From Candidatus Omnitrophota bacterium (lineage in GTDB: Bacteria > Omnitrophota > Gorgyraeia > Zapsychrales > Fredricksoniimonadaceae), in NCBI GenBank assembly GCA_963828495.1, contig CAWHFJ010000016.1:21353-85352 (forward strand): 64,000 nucleotides of DNA, given 5' to 3'. A model generated the notes under the pieces. It was not told the DNA's origin and searched no databases. It was given only the letters and a program-made list of their open reading frames with translations. A program made the position numbers and the translations under genes. This document shows, piece by piece, positions 17,806 to 26,536 of the stretch; position 1 is the first letter of the stretch, and every line of letters begins with the position of its first letter.

Positions 17806-19106
17806 AAGAAATATTCCCATCCAAAAAGGATTAAATAGATAATAATGATCCCCCCGCCTGCCCAAGCACCCATCTCCGCCATCAATTGCAAATAATCATT
17901 ATGCGTATAGCGCAAAAAATCCGGGGGGTCATCGAACTTGCGGTATTGCTCAAAAGCTGAACCAAATGTTCCCAATCCTGTGCCTAAAACCGGACCTTGT
18001 TTGATCATGGTGATGGTGTCCCGGTAAAACATGAGGCGATCGGCGTCCGGCCCTTCCATTTTAATAATTTGCTCTATGGATGTGAGTCTAAAACGTTCTA
18101 GAAATTCTTCAGGCCCCAGCCATACGACAAAAATAGAAACTAATATGATCAGCGTTCCCAATAAAAATAAAATCCTCTGCCCTTTTTTGCGCAGGGCAGC
18201 TTTGAAGGCAATAATTGCAAGAAAAATCACCTGGGTAATGCAAAAACTCATGATGCCCCCTCTTGAGGTGGACATAAATACCGTTGCCGCCATAATCATG
18301 GCAAAGAAAATATACCGTAAAGTTTTGTTGGCCTCAGGTGTGGAAAACCACAGGACTTTCTGCACCCAACCCTGCCGACGGGAAAATGACGCGCGGTCTA
18401 TGTTGGCTATGGCAGCAGCGATGGCCAAAGGCGTGCACAATTCCATAAACCCCGCAAAATGATCATAATTATAATAAGGGCCCACCGGGCATGGGGCCTC
18501 GATGCCTATCCAAAATATCCGGCCATTGTAACTAAATTTCTGCACAATGGCAAAAATGGCGATGGACAAACCTATCCATATAATAGAGTCGGTGATGCGT
18601 TTAAAATAGACGCGGTTATACGCCTCTCCACGGCTGCCCGGGCCGCAGGCAAGGGCTAAAAGTACGGTAAAATACAAGGCATTGGCGAAAATATGAGAAT
18701 TAAAATCATAGATGCTGTGAAAAAAAATGGAAAGACAGCCTGATAAACAGCCCAGCCTTAAGATATTCTGGATGCTGCGGCGGGTGCTGGGTGTGCTTTC
18801 GCGGCCTTGGCGAGCGGCAAGACACGTGATAACGGCTAAAAACACAAAAGCATAGCTACTGAATTTAATGAGATCGAAGATCGTGCCCCAGGGATAAACA
18901 GAAAGACCCTTGATTAATTGGAAACAGGCAACACCGATAAAAACCAGCCCTAAAATAATAAAAGAATTACGGGGGATTTTTGCGTTGGGAGCACTAACAG
19001 CCAGATAAAAATTACCCGCGCAAAGAATGGCAAAAACAAAAACGGTAAACGGATAGACGCTGGCATAAGCTAAAGGTGCGGCAACAAGCAAAAAAATAAG
19101 CATCAT
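17784..19106 (-). CDS. O-antigen ligase/Wzy_C-family polytopic membrane protein
   Basis: 440 aa, multi-TM, with the characteristic periplasmic-loop motif RYTHNDYLQLMAEMG. Confidence 0.75.
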   Translation of the reverse strand: MMLIFLLVAAPLAYASVYPFTVFVFAILCAGNFYLAVSAPNAKIPRNSFIILGLVFIGVACFQLIKGLSVYPWGTIFDLIKFSSYAFVFLAVITCLAARQGRESTPSTRRSIQNILRLGCLSGCLSIFFHSIYDFNSHIFANALYFTVLLALACGPGSRGEAYNRVYFKRITDSIIWIGLSIAIFAIVQKFSYNGRIFWIGIEAPCPVGPYYNYDHFAGFMELCTPLAIAAAIANIDRASFSRRQGWVQKVLWFSTPEANKTLRYIFFAMIMAATVFMSTSRGGIMSFCITQVIFLAIIAFKAALRKKGQRILFLLGTLIILVSIFVVWLGPEEFLERFRLTSIEQIIKMEGPDADRLMFYRDTITMIKQGPVLGTGLGTFGSAFEQYRKFDDPPDFLRYTHNDYLQLMAEMGAWAGGGIIIIYLILFGWEYFLCVRRLE

Positions 19107-20780
19107 GGCTTTTTAGATTTCTGGGCATTTTGAGAATAATGATAATAGGAATAATAATCGCCGTGTTCATTGGGCTTGACCATATTTAATACTGCGCCAA
19201 AAATATTAGCATGGACAGAAGTCAAATAGTTTAAAGACCTGACGGCGGCCGGATAAGGCGTGGAACCGGCCTTAAGAACAAAAATAACACCGTCGGTTTT
19301 AGCGCTTAACACACCGCGTCGGTCGCGGCCAGGATGGGCGGAGTGTCCAAAATAATACGGTCATACATGCCTGAAAGTTTTTCAAGCAAGGCCTCCATTT
19401 TCTTAGAACCCAACAACTCTGAAGGGTTAGGCGGCAGGGCCCCGCAGTTTAAAATGGAAAGATTCGGCATCTGGGTTTGATAAATAAACTTTTTTAAGTC
19501 GGGATTTTCCATGGACAAAATTTCGGTAACTCCATTGCCGCGTTTGAGATTAAAAAGATAATGCAGTTTTGGGTTTCTTAAGTCTGCATCAATAATCAAG
19601 GTCTTTTCTTCCACCTGGGCAAAAGCCGTTGCCAAATTAACGGCAACTGTGGTTTTCCCTCGGAGGGGAATGTGCTGGTCACAACGAATATTTTTTTCTT
19701 TAGATCAGGATTACTAAAAAGGATGTTCGTACGCAAAGACCTGAATGCTTCCCCCACCGGAGAATGGCCTTCTGTCAGCGTGATCAATCAGCAGTCCGGG
19801 AGAAGTCTCGCGTCTTATTGGGTTCCGGGATATATAAAGGAACAGAGATTAAAAAAGGGATTTTCAACAAATGCTCAATGTCATTGGGGGTTTTAATGCT
19901 TTGGTCCAATGATTCAAATAAGAAACATCAATGCCAAACCCGATAAAACCCACCCAAAAAAAGAGCCAAGACCAAATTTAAAAGTTTTTTAGGACGTTCA
20001 GGTTTTATCGGGACAACAGCCTGGTCTAAAATTTTTACATTGGTAATGGAATCATTGTTATTAAAACTAAACTGGTCGGCGGAAGATGATTCAAACATTC
20101 TTTTTTGTTCATCGGCAATGGATTCATTGACCGCTGCGATTTCACTCTTTAAACCCTGAATGACCGGATGTTTTTCTTTAAAATATTTATACTGCTGGTT
20201 TAAGTCCTGTTCCAATTCTGCCCGATGCTGGACCAATTGGTCTGTGGATGAAAATAAAATATACGCACGGGTCCAAAGATTAGCGATCCTGGCGGCAAGA
20301 GACGGGTCCAAATCTTCCACACTGATCTCGATGATATCGGTCATGCGTACCGGTGTGATCTTGACATTTTTCATCATCGCGTCAATGCGCTGATCACGGC
20401 CCATTTCTTTTAAATGCGCGGCATTTTTGCCACGGCTGCTCCCAGGGCTCATACGTCCCTAATTCGTCATAAACAAGTGAAGCTACGGCATGGCTTTTTA
20501 AGACTTCGATCTGTGAATTAAAATAATTCTCATGGTCGGTATAATCCGGGACAACAGTGTCTTCCACCTTAACAATCTTGGGCGGTTTGCCTTCAACCAA
20601 AAGCCGGGTCGTGGCTTTATAAACCGGATGCGTGATAAACGAATACAACAGACTCAAGACCACACAAATCAATACCGAAGAAATAATGGTCTGACGGTGT
20701 TTAAAAACTTTCAACCAAATTTCCCGAAAGTCAATTTCGATAATATCGTTATTAGAAGATTCTATGAGATTTGTCTGCAT
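19103..20780 (-). pseudogene. Wzc/GumC-like polysaccharide co-polymerase with BY-tyrosine-kinase domain, disrupted by about 6 frameshifts
   Basis: The Wzz-like N-terminus (20394..20780), coiled-coil part (19928..20452), TM2/linker (GFIGFGI..FLFESLDQSIKTPNDIEHLL, no track ORF), and kinase fragments (19596..19787, 19306..19635, 19103..19312) lie in different frames. Walker A is split (PSEGK|TTVAVNLA) at an A-run near 19640. There is an extra T near 19310. Confidence 0.8.
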
Positions 20781-20786
20781 AATTTT

Positions 20787-21608
20787 TTAGAATAAACTTT
20801 CAGGGACCATGACCACATCCCCGCCTTGCAGGACCACGTCATTATTGGCGGTGGCATTTTTATTAATAATGTCGTAGACCCTCACCACTATCTCTTTTTT
20901 TGTACCGTCCGGATTGGTACGGATAATCTTGACTTTATTGGGTGCCGCTATGGCGGTGAATCCCTGGGCCTGGGATATCAGTTCAACCACCGTCAGCTTT
21001 CCCTTAATGGGATATGACCCCGGCATTTTGACCTGGCCGATGATGGAGACCGTGCTGTAATCTTCAACCGAAACGATCACCTGCGGGTTGACCAGATAAT
21101 CCTTCCCCAACCTGTCCGTTAGTTCTTTCTCCAATGCCGTAACGGTCAGTCCCTGCGCATGGACTTCCCCTAACAAGGGACAAATGATGTCCCCTTTGGA
21201 TGAAACCTGGATTTTCTGGGAGATTTTATCCTTGCCGTAATAAATGTCAATCTGCAGGTTGTTTTCAGGGCCTATTTGGTATCCGTTCGCACCTGGGGCT
21301 TCCGCTTTTGCAGGGGTTTGGTATCTGTTTGGTTTAACGGACGCGCTTGAGGTCTTCGCTTTTGCAGGGATTTGGTATTTGTTTGGTTTAACGGACGCAC
21401 TTGAGGTTTCCTCTTCTGCAGGGACTATGGGGTATTCGTCTGTAAGGGACGTAGTCGTGGCTTCCTCTTCTTCAAGGACTATTGGGGATTCGTCTGTAAC
21501 AGACTTACTCGAGGCTTCCGCCCTAAGAATGGAAGGAGAAAAGAAAAGGCAAACTAAGCTTACGGCCATTAAGGTCTTGGATATTTTCATACAAACCAGG
21601 GAGCTCAA
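20787..21608 (-). CDS. Wza-like polysaccharide export protein (Poly_export + SLBB) with repetitive N-terminal linker
   Basis: 273 aa with a signal peptide. The C-terminal part (YQIGPENNLQIDIYYGKD...GEVHAQGLTVTALEKELTDRL...VSIIGQVKMPGSYP...GGDVVMVPESLF) fits the Wza/GfcE family. Confidence 0.75.
   Translation of the reverse strand: MSSLVCMKISKTLMAVSLVCLFFSPSILRAEASSKSVTDESPIVLEEEEATTTSLTDEYPIVPAEEETSSASVKPNKYQIPAKAKTSSASVKPNRYQTPAKAEAPGANGYQIGPENNLQIDIYYGKDKISQKIQVSSKGDIICPLLGEVHAQGLTVTALEKELTDRLGKDYLVNPQVIVSVEDYSTVSIIGQVKMPGSYPIKGKLTVVELISQAQGFTAIAAPNKVKIIRTNPDGTKKEIVVRVYDIINKNATANNDVVLQGGDVVMVPESLF
21304..21519. repeat. Four in-frame 54-bp tandem units (two subtypes) inside the Wza-like gene
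   Basis: Units at 21304-21357, 21358-21411, 21412-21465 and 21466-21519. They encode ASVKPN(K/R)YQ(I/T)PAKA... twice and TDE(S/Y)PIV..EEE... twice. Confidence 0.85.
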
Positions 21609-22885
21609 TATTGAAACTCAAATCCTATGGTCCATAAATGATCGTTGTAGGACTCGCTTCTAATAGTTGACATATCTTCCCTGAATGTATACCCTATTTT
21701 GGCGGAAGCCCATTCTTTGATGTGGTACTTCAGTGCAATCCCTTCAACTAAAATGCTGTCCATACGCTTTTGAAACAACACGGGATCAACTTCCGGATAA
21801 GTATTGCGTTCAATGCCGGAAGTCAATTCAAGATTAAAATGGCTCCTGATCTTCTGATCCAGGGTCGCATAAAAATAATGCATAACGTAATAATTGTTGT
21901 TGAGGTAGGTGGATTCTTGCGCGCCCTGGTCATAGTCTAAGCTTAACTTTGTGCGATCGGTGAATGCCGTGACTGTGCCCACCTCAGCCACAAACCCTGA
22001 AAATCCGACGTTGTTATCATAAGACCTGTCCTGATACCCCAGTTTAACAATGGCCTGGGTCTTGGCGGTAACATCGCCTGTAAACCCGACACGCTCCTGG
22101 TCAAACGCGCCATTGCGGATTGAATCTTTGTTATAGGTAATCCAGCCGTGGTCATATTCGACCAAGGCCTTGGTTTTCGGAAAAAGCTGGTAATAGACGG
22201 TTTCTGAAATCATATCTTCAAGGTAATCATATTGAGCGTAGTCATTGCTTACATACGTGCGGACAGCATCGGCATACCCTGTTTCCAGGGCAAATTTGTC
22301 CAACTTAACACCCACGGCGGCTGAAGCGTCATTATCGGTGCGCCAGACCTCACTATCAAATTCAGTATCAGCGCGGTCAGACGTATGGTCAAAATCCTCC
22401 TGGACGTTTATATACCCGAACGGTAGTCTGAAGTTGCCGTTAAAAGCCCCGTACTGGTTGACATAATTCTGACTACTGTACTTAGCGAACGTGCCGATGT
22501 CCGCATTATACATCCCTTGCAACAAATAGCGCTGATCAGGACCAAAAGGCAGATTCACCAGTATTGCTGGGCTCGTGACGTTGATGGTATCCGCCAGCTT
22601 GTGGTTCGGGGTCCAAAAAATGTTAGTCTCATAATCCATTTCGCTGTCAACTTTGGCCTTGACAGTGACCGGGCCCATTTTTTTGCCAACGACATCATTG
22701 AATTCATTGTCGCCAATACGGAAGCCTTCTTCGTTATAGCTATAATAGCCGACGTTAAAGCTCTCAACAGAAACCGTATGTACTGCAGCGTTATAATCGC
22801 CGCTTGCGCTTATCTGAGCAAAAGCCGTATTTGCCGCAAAGAAGCCCATCAATAAACACATTCCAAGGAATTTGGTTATTTTCAT
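21605..22885 (-). CDS. Outer-membrane beta-barrel protein associated with the polysaccharide export locus
   Basis: 426 aa. Signal peptide MKITKFLGMCLLMGFFAANTAFAQ, alternating amphipathic strands, and an aromatic C-terminus ...IGFEFQY. Confidence 0.6.
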   Translation of the reverse strand: MKITKFLGMCLLMGFFAANTAFAQISASGDYNAAVHTVSVESFNVGYYSYNEEGFRIGDNEFNDVVGKKMGPVTVKAKVDSEMDYETNIFWTPNHKLADTINVTSPAILVNLPFGPDQRYLLQGMYNADIGTFAKYSSQNYVNQYGAFNGNFRLPFGYINVQEDFDHTSDRADTEFDSEVWRTDNDASAAVGVKLDKFALETGYADAVRTYVSNDYAQYDYLEDMISETVYYQLFPKTKALVEYDHGWITYNKDSIRNGAFDQERVGFTGDVTAKTQAIVKLGYQDRSYDNNVGFSGFVAEVGTVTAFTDRTKLSLDYDQGAQESTYLNNNYYVMHYFYATLDQKIRSHFNLELTSGIERNTYPEVDPVLFQKRMDSILVEGIALKYHIKEWASAKIGYTFREDMSTIRSESYNDHLWTIGFEFQY

Positions 22886-22906
22886 AATTGTCCTTTTATA
22901 ATGATA

Positions 22907-23467
22907 TTATGGGTTTGTCGGACTGGTGTCTTGATTAGTATTATCCTGGCTAATGATAGGCGGTATGTAATCTTTACGGCTATCATCATACTGCACTTGC
23001 GTGTTAACCCCACCGGGATTACCAATTGGAGGTGTATACGCTTCGGCATTCGTAACAACATTACCGGCAATAATAATGGTTTGGCCCGGTCTCAATGAAG
23101 TACTCTTCCCATCTGATGTTTTGACGAAAGCTGAACCTTTTGAATCGGAAACTTTAGTTGCCCCGTTGACATTAAGGGTCACCTGGACCGTGTTACCGGC
23201 GCCCATAACGATCGTATTGCCTCTGGCGAACAAATTCACCGTGGAAGGAGCTGTGGTAGCAACCGTAACCATACCCGCCATGATTTCAATGGTTGAACCA
23301 TTGGCAATTGCCGGAATCGGTTGCCCTGCCTTGATGGTGATAGGCGTGCCGCCACCGGGAGGCGTGATCTTGATGGTACCGGCAAGGCCGGTAATGTTAA
23401 TGGAAGCAAAGCAGGCCAATTGAAAAGCAAAGAATGCTACGACCAACAAAAACAAAATTTTTCTCAT
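22907..23467 (-). CDS. Secreted beta-rich hypothetical protein
   Basis: 186 aa. Signal peptide, G/T/V/N-rich beta-strand-like body, and a Pro/Asn/Gln-rich tail. No recognisable catalytic motif. Confidence 0.4.
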   Translation of the reverse strand: MRKILFLLVVAFFAFQLACFASINITGLAGTIKITPPGGGTPITIKAGQPIPAIANGSTIEIMAGMVTVATTAPSTVNLFARGNTIVMGAGNTVQVTLNVNGATKVSDSKGSAFVKTSDGKSTSLRPGQTIIIAGNVVTNAEAYTPPIGNPGGVNTQVQYDDSRKDYIPPIISQDNTNQDTSPTNP

Positions 23468-23582
23468 AATATCATCTCCTTATAGGTGAAGGCGTTATAT
23501 TCAAACCATGTTAGGGAAAGCGCTACCTAGGCTAAAGAATACCACATATTTGAGATTTGTCAAGTTAGGCTAGTCAACTTTA

Positions 23583-24197
23583 TCAGTCTTCATCCAGGTG
23601 AGAATCTACATAGATTGCCATAAGTTCCGCCATTCTAGTGGGAGGCGGTACGGAAAAGTAATGGTCTATGACCGCGTGTCCTAATTCATGGGCCATTATG
23701 GAATCCACAAAGTCTTGTTCATTGGTGTAAACGCTCTGAAAATAATGTATATAAAATGATTTGAAATTCGCGCGTTCATTAAACATCCAGGCATAGGTGT
23801 CATTCATCTCCTGCCTAGTCTTAAAAATTTTGATCTTAATATGAAAATCTTTCGGATCCATGCCCAAGATGTCCTTGACCCGCAAAAGAATGATTTCAAT
23901 CCTGGCCTTGAGCTTATCCTCCATACTCAAAGACCGGTTGGAGAAAAGCATACGGTATTCCCGGCTCATGGGCACGTCCCGGACCCTTAAGCGCGCCTCC
24001 AGCCTCCTTATATTAGCGCTCGGCAAATACCAAAATGTGATCGAATTCCCCTGTATGGAAATCCATCCGTCAGTAGAGGGCTCCTGGACCGCCGCTGAGG
24101 TCACCGTAATGGAATCATTGCTCTGGGCTGCCGCCATATCAGGAAAATAGCAGACCGGCACAAAAATAAAGCAAATGAGGAGTAAGAGACTTTTCAT
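23583..24197 (-). CDS. Secreted putative zinc metallopeptidase-like protein (HExxH)
   Basis: 204 aa, signal peptide, single HELGH motif (IMAHELGHAVIDHYF) near the C-terminus. Confidence 0.5.
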   Translation of the reverse strand: MKSLLLLICFIFVPVCYFPDMAAAQSNDSITVTSAAVQEPSTDGWISIQGNSITFWYLPSANIRRLEARLRVRDVPMSREYRMLFSNRSLSMEDKLKARIEIILLRVKDILGMDPKDFHIKIKIFKTRQEMNDTYAWMFNERANFKSFYIHYFQSVYTNEQDFVDSIMAHELGHAVIDHYFSVPPPTRMAELMAIYVDSHLDED

Positions 24198-24766
24198 CAG
24201 ACCCTATACTTTGCCAAAACCTGTTTCAGGTTAGCCACGGCACGCATGTCCTTGTCGGATAAATTACCGGATTTGTTTAATTCTATGACCTGATTTTTAG
24301 CGGCGATGATGTCATCGCGCCAATCACCGGTCATGTCATTGAGGATGCGCGCCAGCGTTTGGAACTCGTCTTTTTGACGGACGTGAAAGTTCAAACTTAA
24401 ATTGCCTTGCGCTACCTGGGCGATGTCCTTTTCAAACCTGTATAACGGCCCGGCCAAACGGTTGGAGATAATCATGGTCATGCGCCAGCACACCGCCACC
24501 GCGCACACCACCGCAACAATCGTACTCCAAAACAAATACGGCAAAATAAAATCGTTGGTACTGAGGATCTTTAAACGTGAGTCTTTGAACACGGTCGTGA
24601 CGGTTGTCCCGCAGAAGAAATACACGATCAGCGACAGGATCACGGCCGAAATAAGCACTAAAACACAATATTTGATGATGAAATCTTTCTGGAAATCCAA
24701 ACGAACGATATACGTCCGCCTGCGGTTATTTGCGTTGGCCATTTGTCCCTCCCTGACTGGCGTCAA
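24197..24766 (-). CDS. Membrane protein with HAMP-like domain
   Basis: 189 aa, two TM segments, then ISNRLAGPLYRFEKDIAQVAQGNLSLNFHVRQKDEFQTLARILNDM (HAMP pattern). No output domain. A start at 24742 (MANANN) is possible. Confidence 0.5.
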   Translation of the reverse strand: MTPVREGQMANANNRRRTYIVRLDFQKDFIIKYCVLVLISAVILSLIVYFFCGTTVTTVFKDSRLKILSTNDFILPYLFWSTIVAVVCAVAVCWRMTMIISNRLAGPLYRFEKDIAQVAQGNLSLNFHVRQKDEFQTLARILNDMTGDWRDDIIAAKNQVIELNKSGNLSDKDMRAVANLKQVLAKYRV

Positions 24767-25343
24767 CCGGGATCGTATTTAAAACCCAGTAGTGGCGCTT
24801 GATGACTGCCTTGGTCTTTAACGAGTCTTCCCAGGCCTGTACAGCCTTTTGGACTTTACGCCGGAAAATAATTTCTTTGATCTGTGGGGCTATTTCTTGC
24901 AACGAGGTGGGCGGCACCATTTGGCCTTTTTCCCGGGCATATTCCGCTTTGATTTCTGCATCGGAAACTGTCGTGGAGGCCTCGATTTGGGCCATCTTAT
25001 GTTTGAGCAATTGTTTGATCAAGGACAAGCGCCAAAAACTCTCGATCTGGCGCATAAACTCCGGGTCCTTGTCGATATTCAGCTTCTGGGCTTCTTCCAG
25101 GAGAAGTTCGCGGTTGATCATTTCATCAAGGATGCCGACTCTCAACTCCGCCGGCGGAATCGCAGAGATGCTGCGGAACACCGGCCGCAAAAATCCGACC
25201 TCGTGGTTGAAATCATCCACCGTGATCGTGTAATCATTGACCTGGGCCACGGCTTGTTGAGAGGCTGAATTTCCGGGCGGCTTTTGACTACAGCCGGTCA
25301 GGCAAGTCATTATGAGTAAAAATATCAGGAATTGATACCGCAT
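24726..25343 (-). CDS. Lipoprotein, SurA-N-terminal/PpiD-like chaperone domain
   Basis: 205 aa, lipobox LTGC. The QVNDYTITVDDFNHE...LLEEAQKLNIDKDPEF pattern is typical of SurA_N-type chaperones. Confidence 0.5.
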   Translation of the reverse strand: MRYQFLIFLLIMTCLTGCSQKPPGNSASQQAVAQVNDYTITVDDFNHEVGFLRPVFRSISAIPPAELRVGILDEMINRELLLEEAQKLNIDKDPEFMRQIESFWRLSLIKQLLKHKMAQIEASTTVSDAEIKAEYAREKGQMVPPTSLQEIAPQIKEIIFRRKVQKAVQAWEDSLKTKAVIKRHYWVLNTIPVDASQGGTNGQRK

Positions 25344-25344
25344 T

Positions 25345-25412
25345 ATACCCCCTCCCTAACCCTCCTGGTCTCGTACCGACCACTATCGTTGGTCGCCACA
25401 AGGGGGAGGGAA
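25345..25412 (-). promoter_or_regulatory. C-rich/G-rich cassette carrying the Shine-Dalgarno of the downstream lipoprotein gene (possible SD-sequestering hairpin)
   Basis: The minus-strand RNA reads taatttCCCTCCCccttgtgg[cgaccaacgatagtggtcg]gtacgagaccaggagggttaGGGAGGGggtataATG. CCCTCCC can pair with GGGAGGG, which overlaps the SD. An inner 6-bp hairpin is present. A similar cassette lies at 51851-51893. Confidence 0.3.
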
Positions 25413-25416
25413 ATTA

Positions 25417-25818
25417 CTATAGATTCTCCAGCGCCCATTGGTAGAAACGCATCGTCACTTTAACCATCTCATCCGCATCCGCGCGTCTGGCACTACGGCT
25501 CTCATACTGGACCATATTCTTACGCGCGATGACCTTACGCAGTTGTTTCGACTTTTCCCCAGCGCCCTCCAGGCCCACCAGAGAAACCAGTTCACAAACA
25601 TCTAAATGGTCCTGAGAAACTGAGCGCGCCCCGCGATAATGGACACATACAGCATCCGCCGATGAAATCGCGCATTGCACGGCGAGCGTTGCCGCCGCAT
25701 TCCAATTCTCAGAATTAAAAGCAAGTAACATCTGGTCATAGTTGTCCGCGGCCTTCTTCAAATAATCACCGGCCGCAGAACGATTTTCCTGTCGGACCTT
25801 TGTGTCTCTGGCTGTCAT
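25417..25818 (-). CDS. HEPN-domain protein (second copy)
   Basis: 133 aa, collinear with 13240..13665. Conserved ISSADA...RSVSQDH (R-x5-H) and a C-terminal YESRSA...RFYQWA block. Confidence 0.7.
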   Translation of the reverse strand: MTARDTKVRQENRSAAGDYLKKAADNYDQMLLAFNSENWNAAATLAVQCAISSADAVCVHYRGARSVSQDHLDVCELVSLVGLEGAGEKSKQLRKVIARKNMVQYESRSARRADADEMVKVTMRFYQWALENL

Positions 25819-25819
25819 A

Positions 25820-26449
25820 CTAAACCTCTAACGGTTCTTTTCCGTATAAAACAGAATATGCTTTGATGAGAGTTGATACCGGCGGACTATTTCTTTTTAA
25901 CAACTTTCTGAATTCTTCCGCAGTCTTAATGTACGCATCAAGCCGAAGCCCGAAATACGCCGAAAAATCCGCAGCGATGGGCCCTAAAAACGCATCTTTC
26001 ACTTTCTCAAGATCAGGAGCTGTTTTTACTATAATAGCTAAATCCAGATCGCTTCCGGGCTTGGCACTACCCTGTTGAACACTGCCATAAAGAATCACAG
26101 AAATGACGGACTGTAGGATACGCGCGTCTTTCATGCCGCCAATGAGCCTCTCTTGGGCGTCTTTCTTCCAGTTGGCCTCTGCCTTAAACATCGGTAAAAT
26201 GACTTTCTGAACGATCCGGTCTTTAAGGTTCAACGCATAAACATGCTGGTTGCCTATCAGCTCCATGGTAACGATGCTCGCGGCGTGCAGCGCTTTTAAA
26301 GCATCATGGGTTGAGGGAGCAGAAAACCCGGCAACACGCGCGATCTCACTGCCTCCCATACGCCGGTCAATGCCGGAGGATAAAACCCGCAATACAGCGA
26401 CTTTGGCCTGCGCATCTAAAATCTTTTCTAAGGGACGGACACCAGTCAT
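25820..26449 (-). CDS. wHTH-fused minimal nucleotidyltransferase (second copy)
   Basis: 209 aa. The wHTH-like N-terminus and VILYGSVQQGSAKPGSDLDLAIIV motif are collinear with 13634..14257. Confidence 0.8.
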   Translation of the reverse strand: MTGVRPLEKILDAQAKVAVLRVLSSGIDRRMGGSEIARVAGFSAPSTHDALKALHAASIVTMELIGNQHVYALNLKDRIVQKVILPMFKAEANWKKDAQERLIGGMKDARILQSVISVILYGSVQQGSAKPGSDLDLAIIVKTAPDLEKVKDAFLGPIAADFSAYFGLRLDAYIKTAEEFRKLLKRNSPPVSTLIKAYSVLYGKEPLEV

Positions 26450-26536
26450 AAGGCATTCCTTACGTTCGTTAGGTTAACCTTACGATAAGCATACCACAGA
26501 ACCGGGCCCAAAGAAACAAATATTATGCTCTTTTAT

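Noticed and set aside
19103-20780. Programmed ribosomal frameshifting in the Wzc-like gene
   Set aside because: There are about six frame changes in both directions, one of them inside the Walker A box. This is incompatible with a programmed event, so pseudogenisation (or local assembly error) is the simpler explanation.
21244-21663. 139-aa plus-strand ORF with internal repeats
   Set aside because: It is the antisense reading of the 54-bp tandem array inside the Wza-like gene. Its repetitiveness is inherited from the array.
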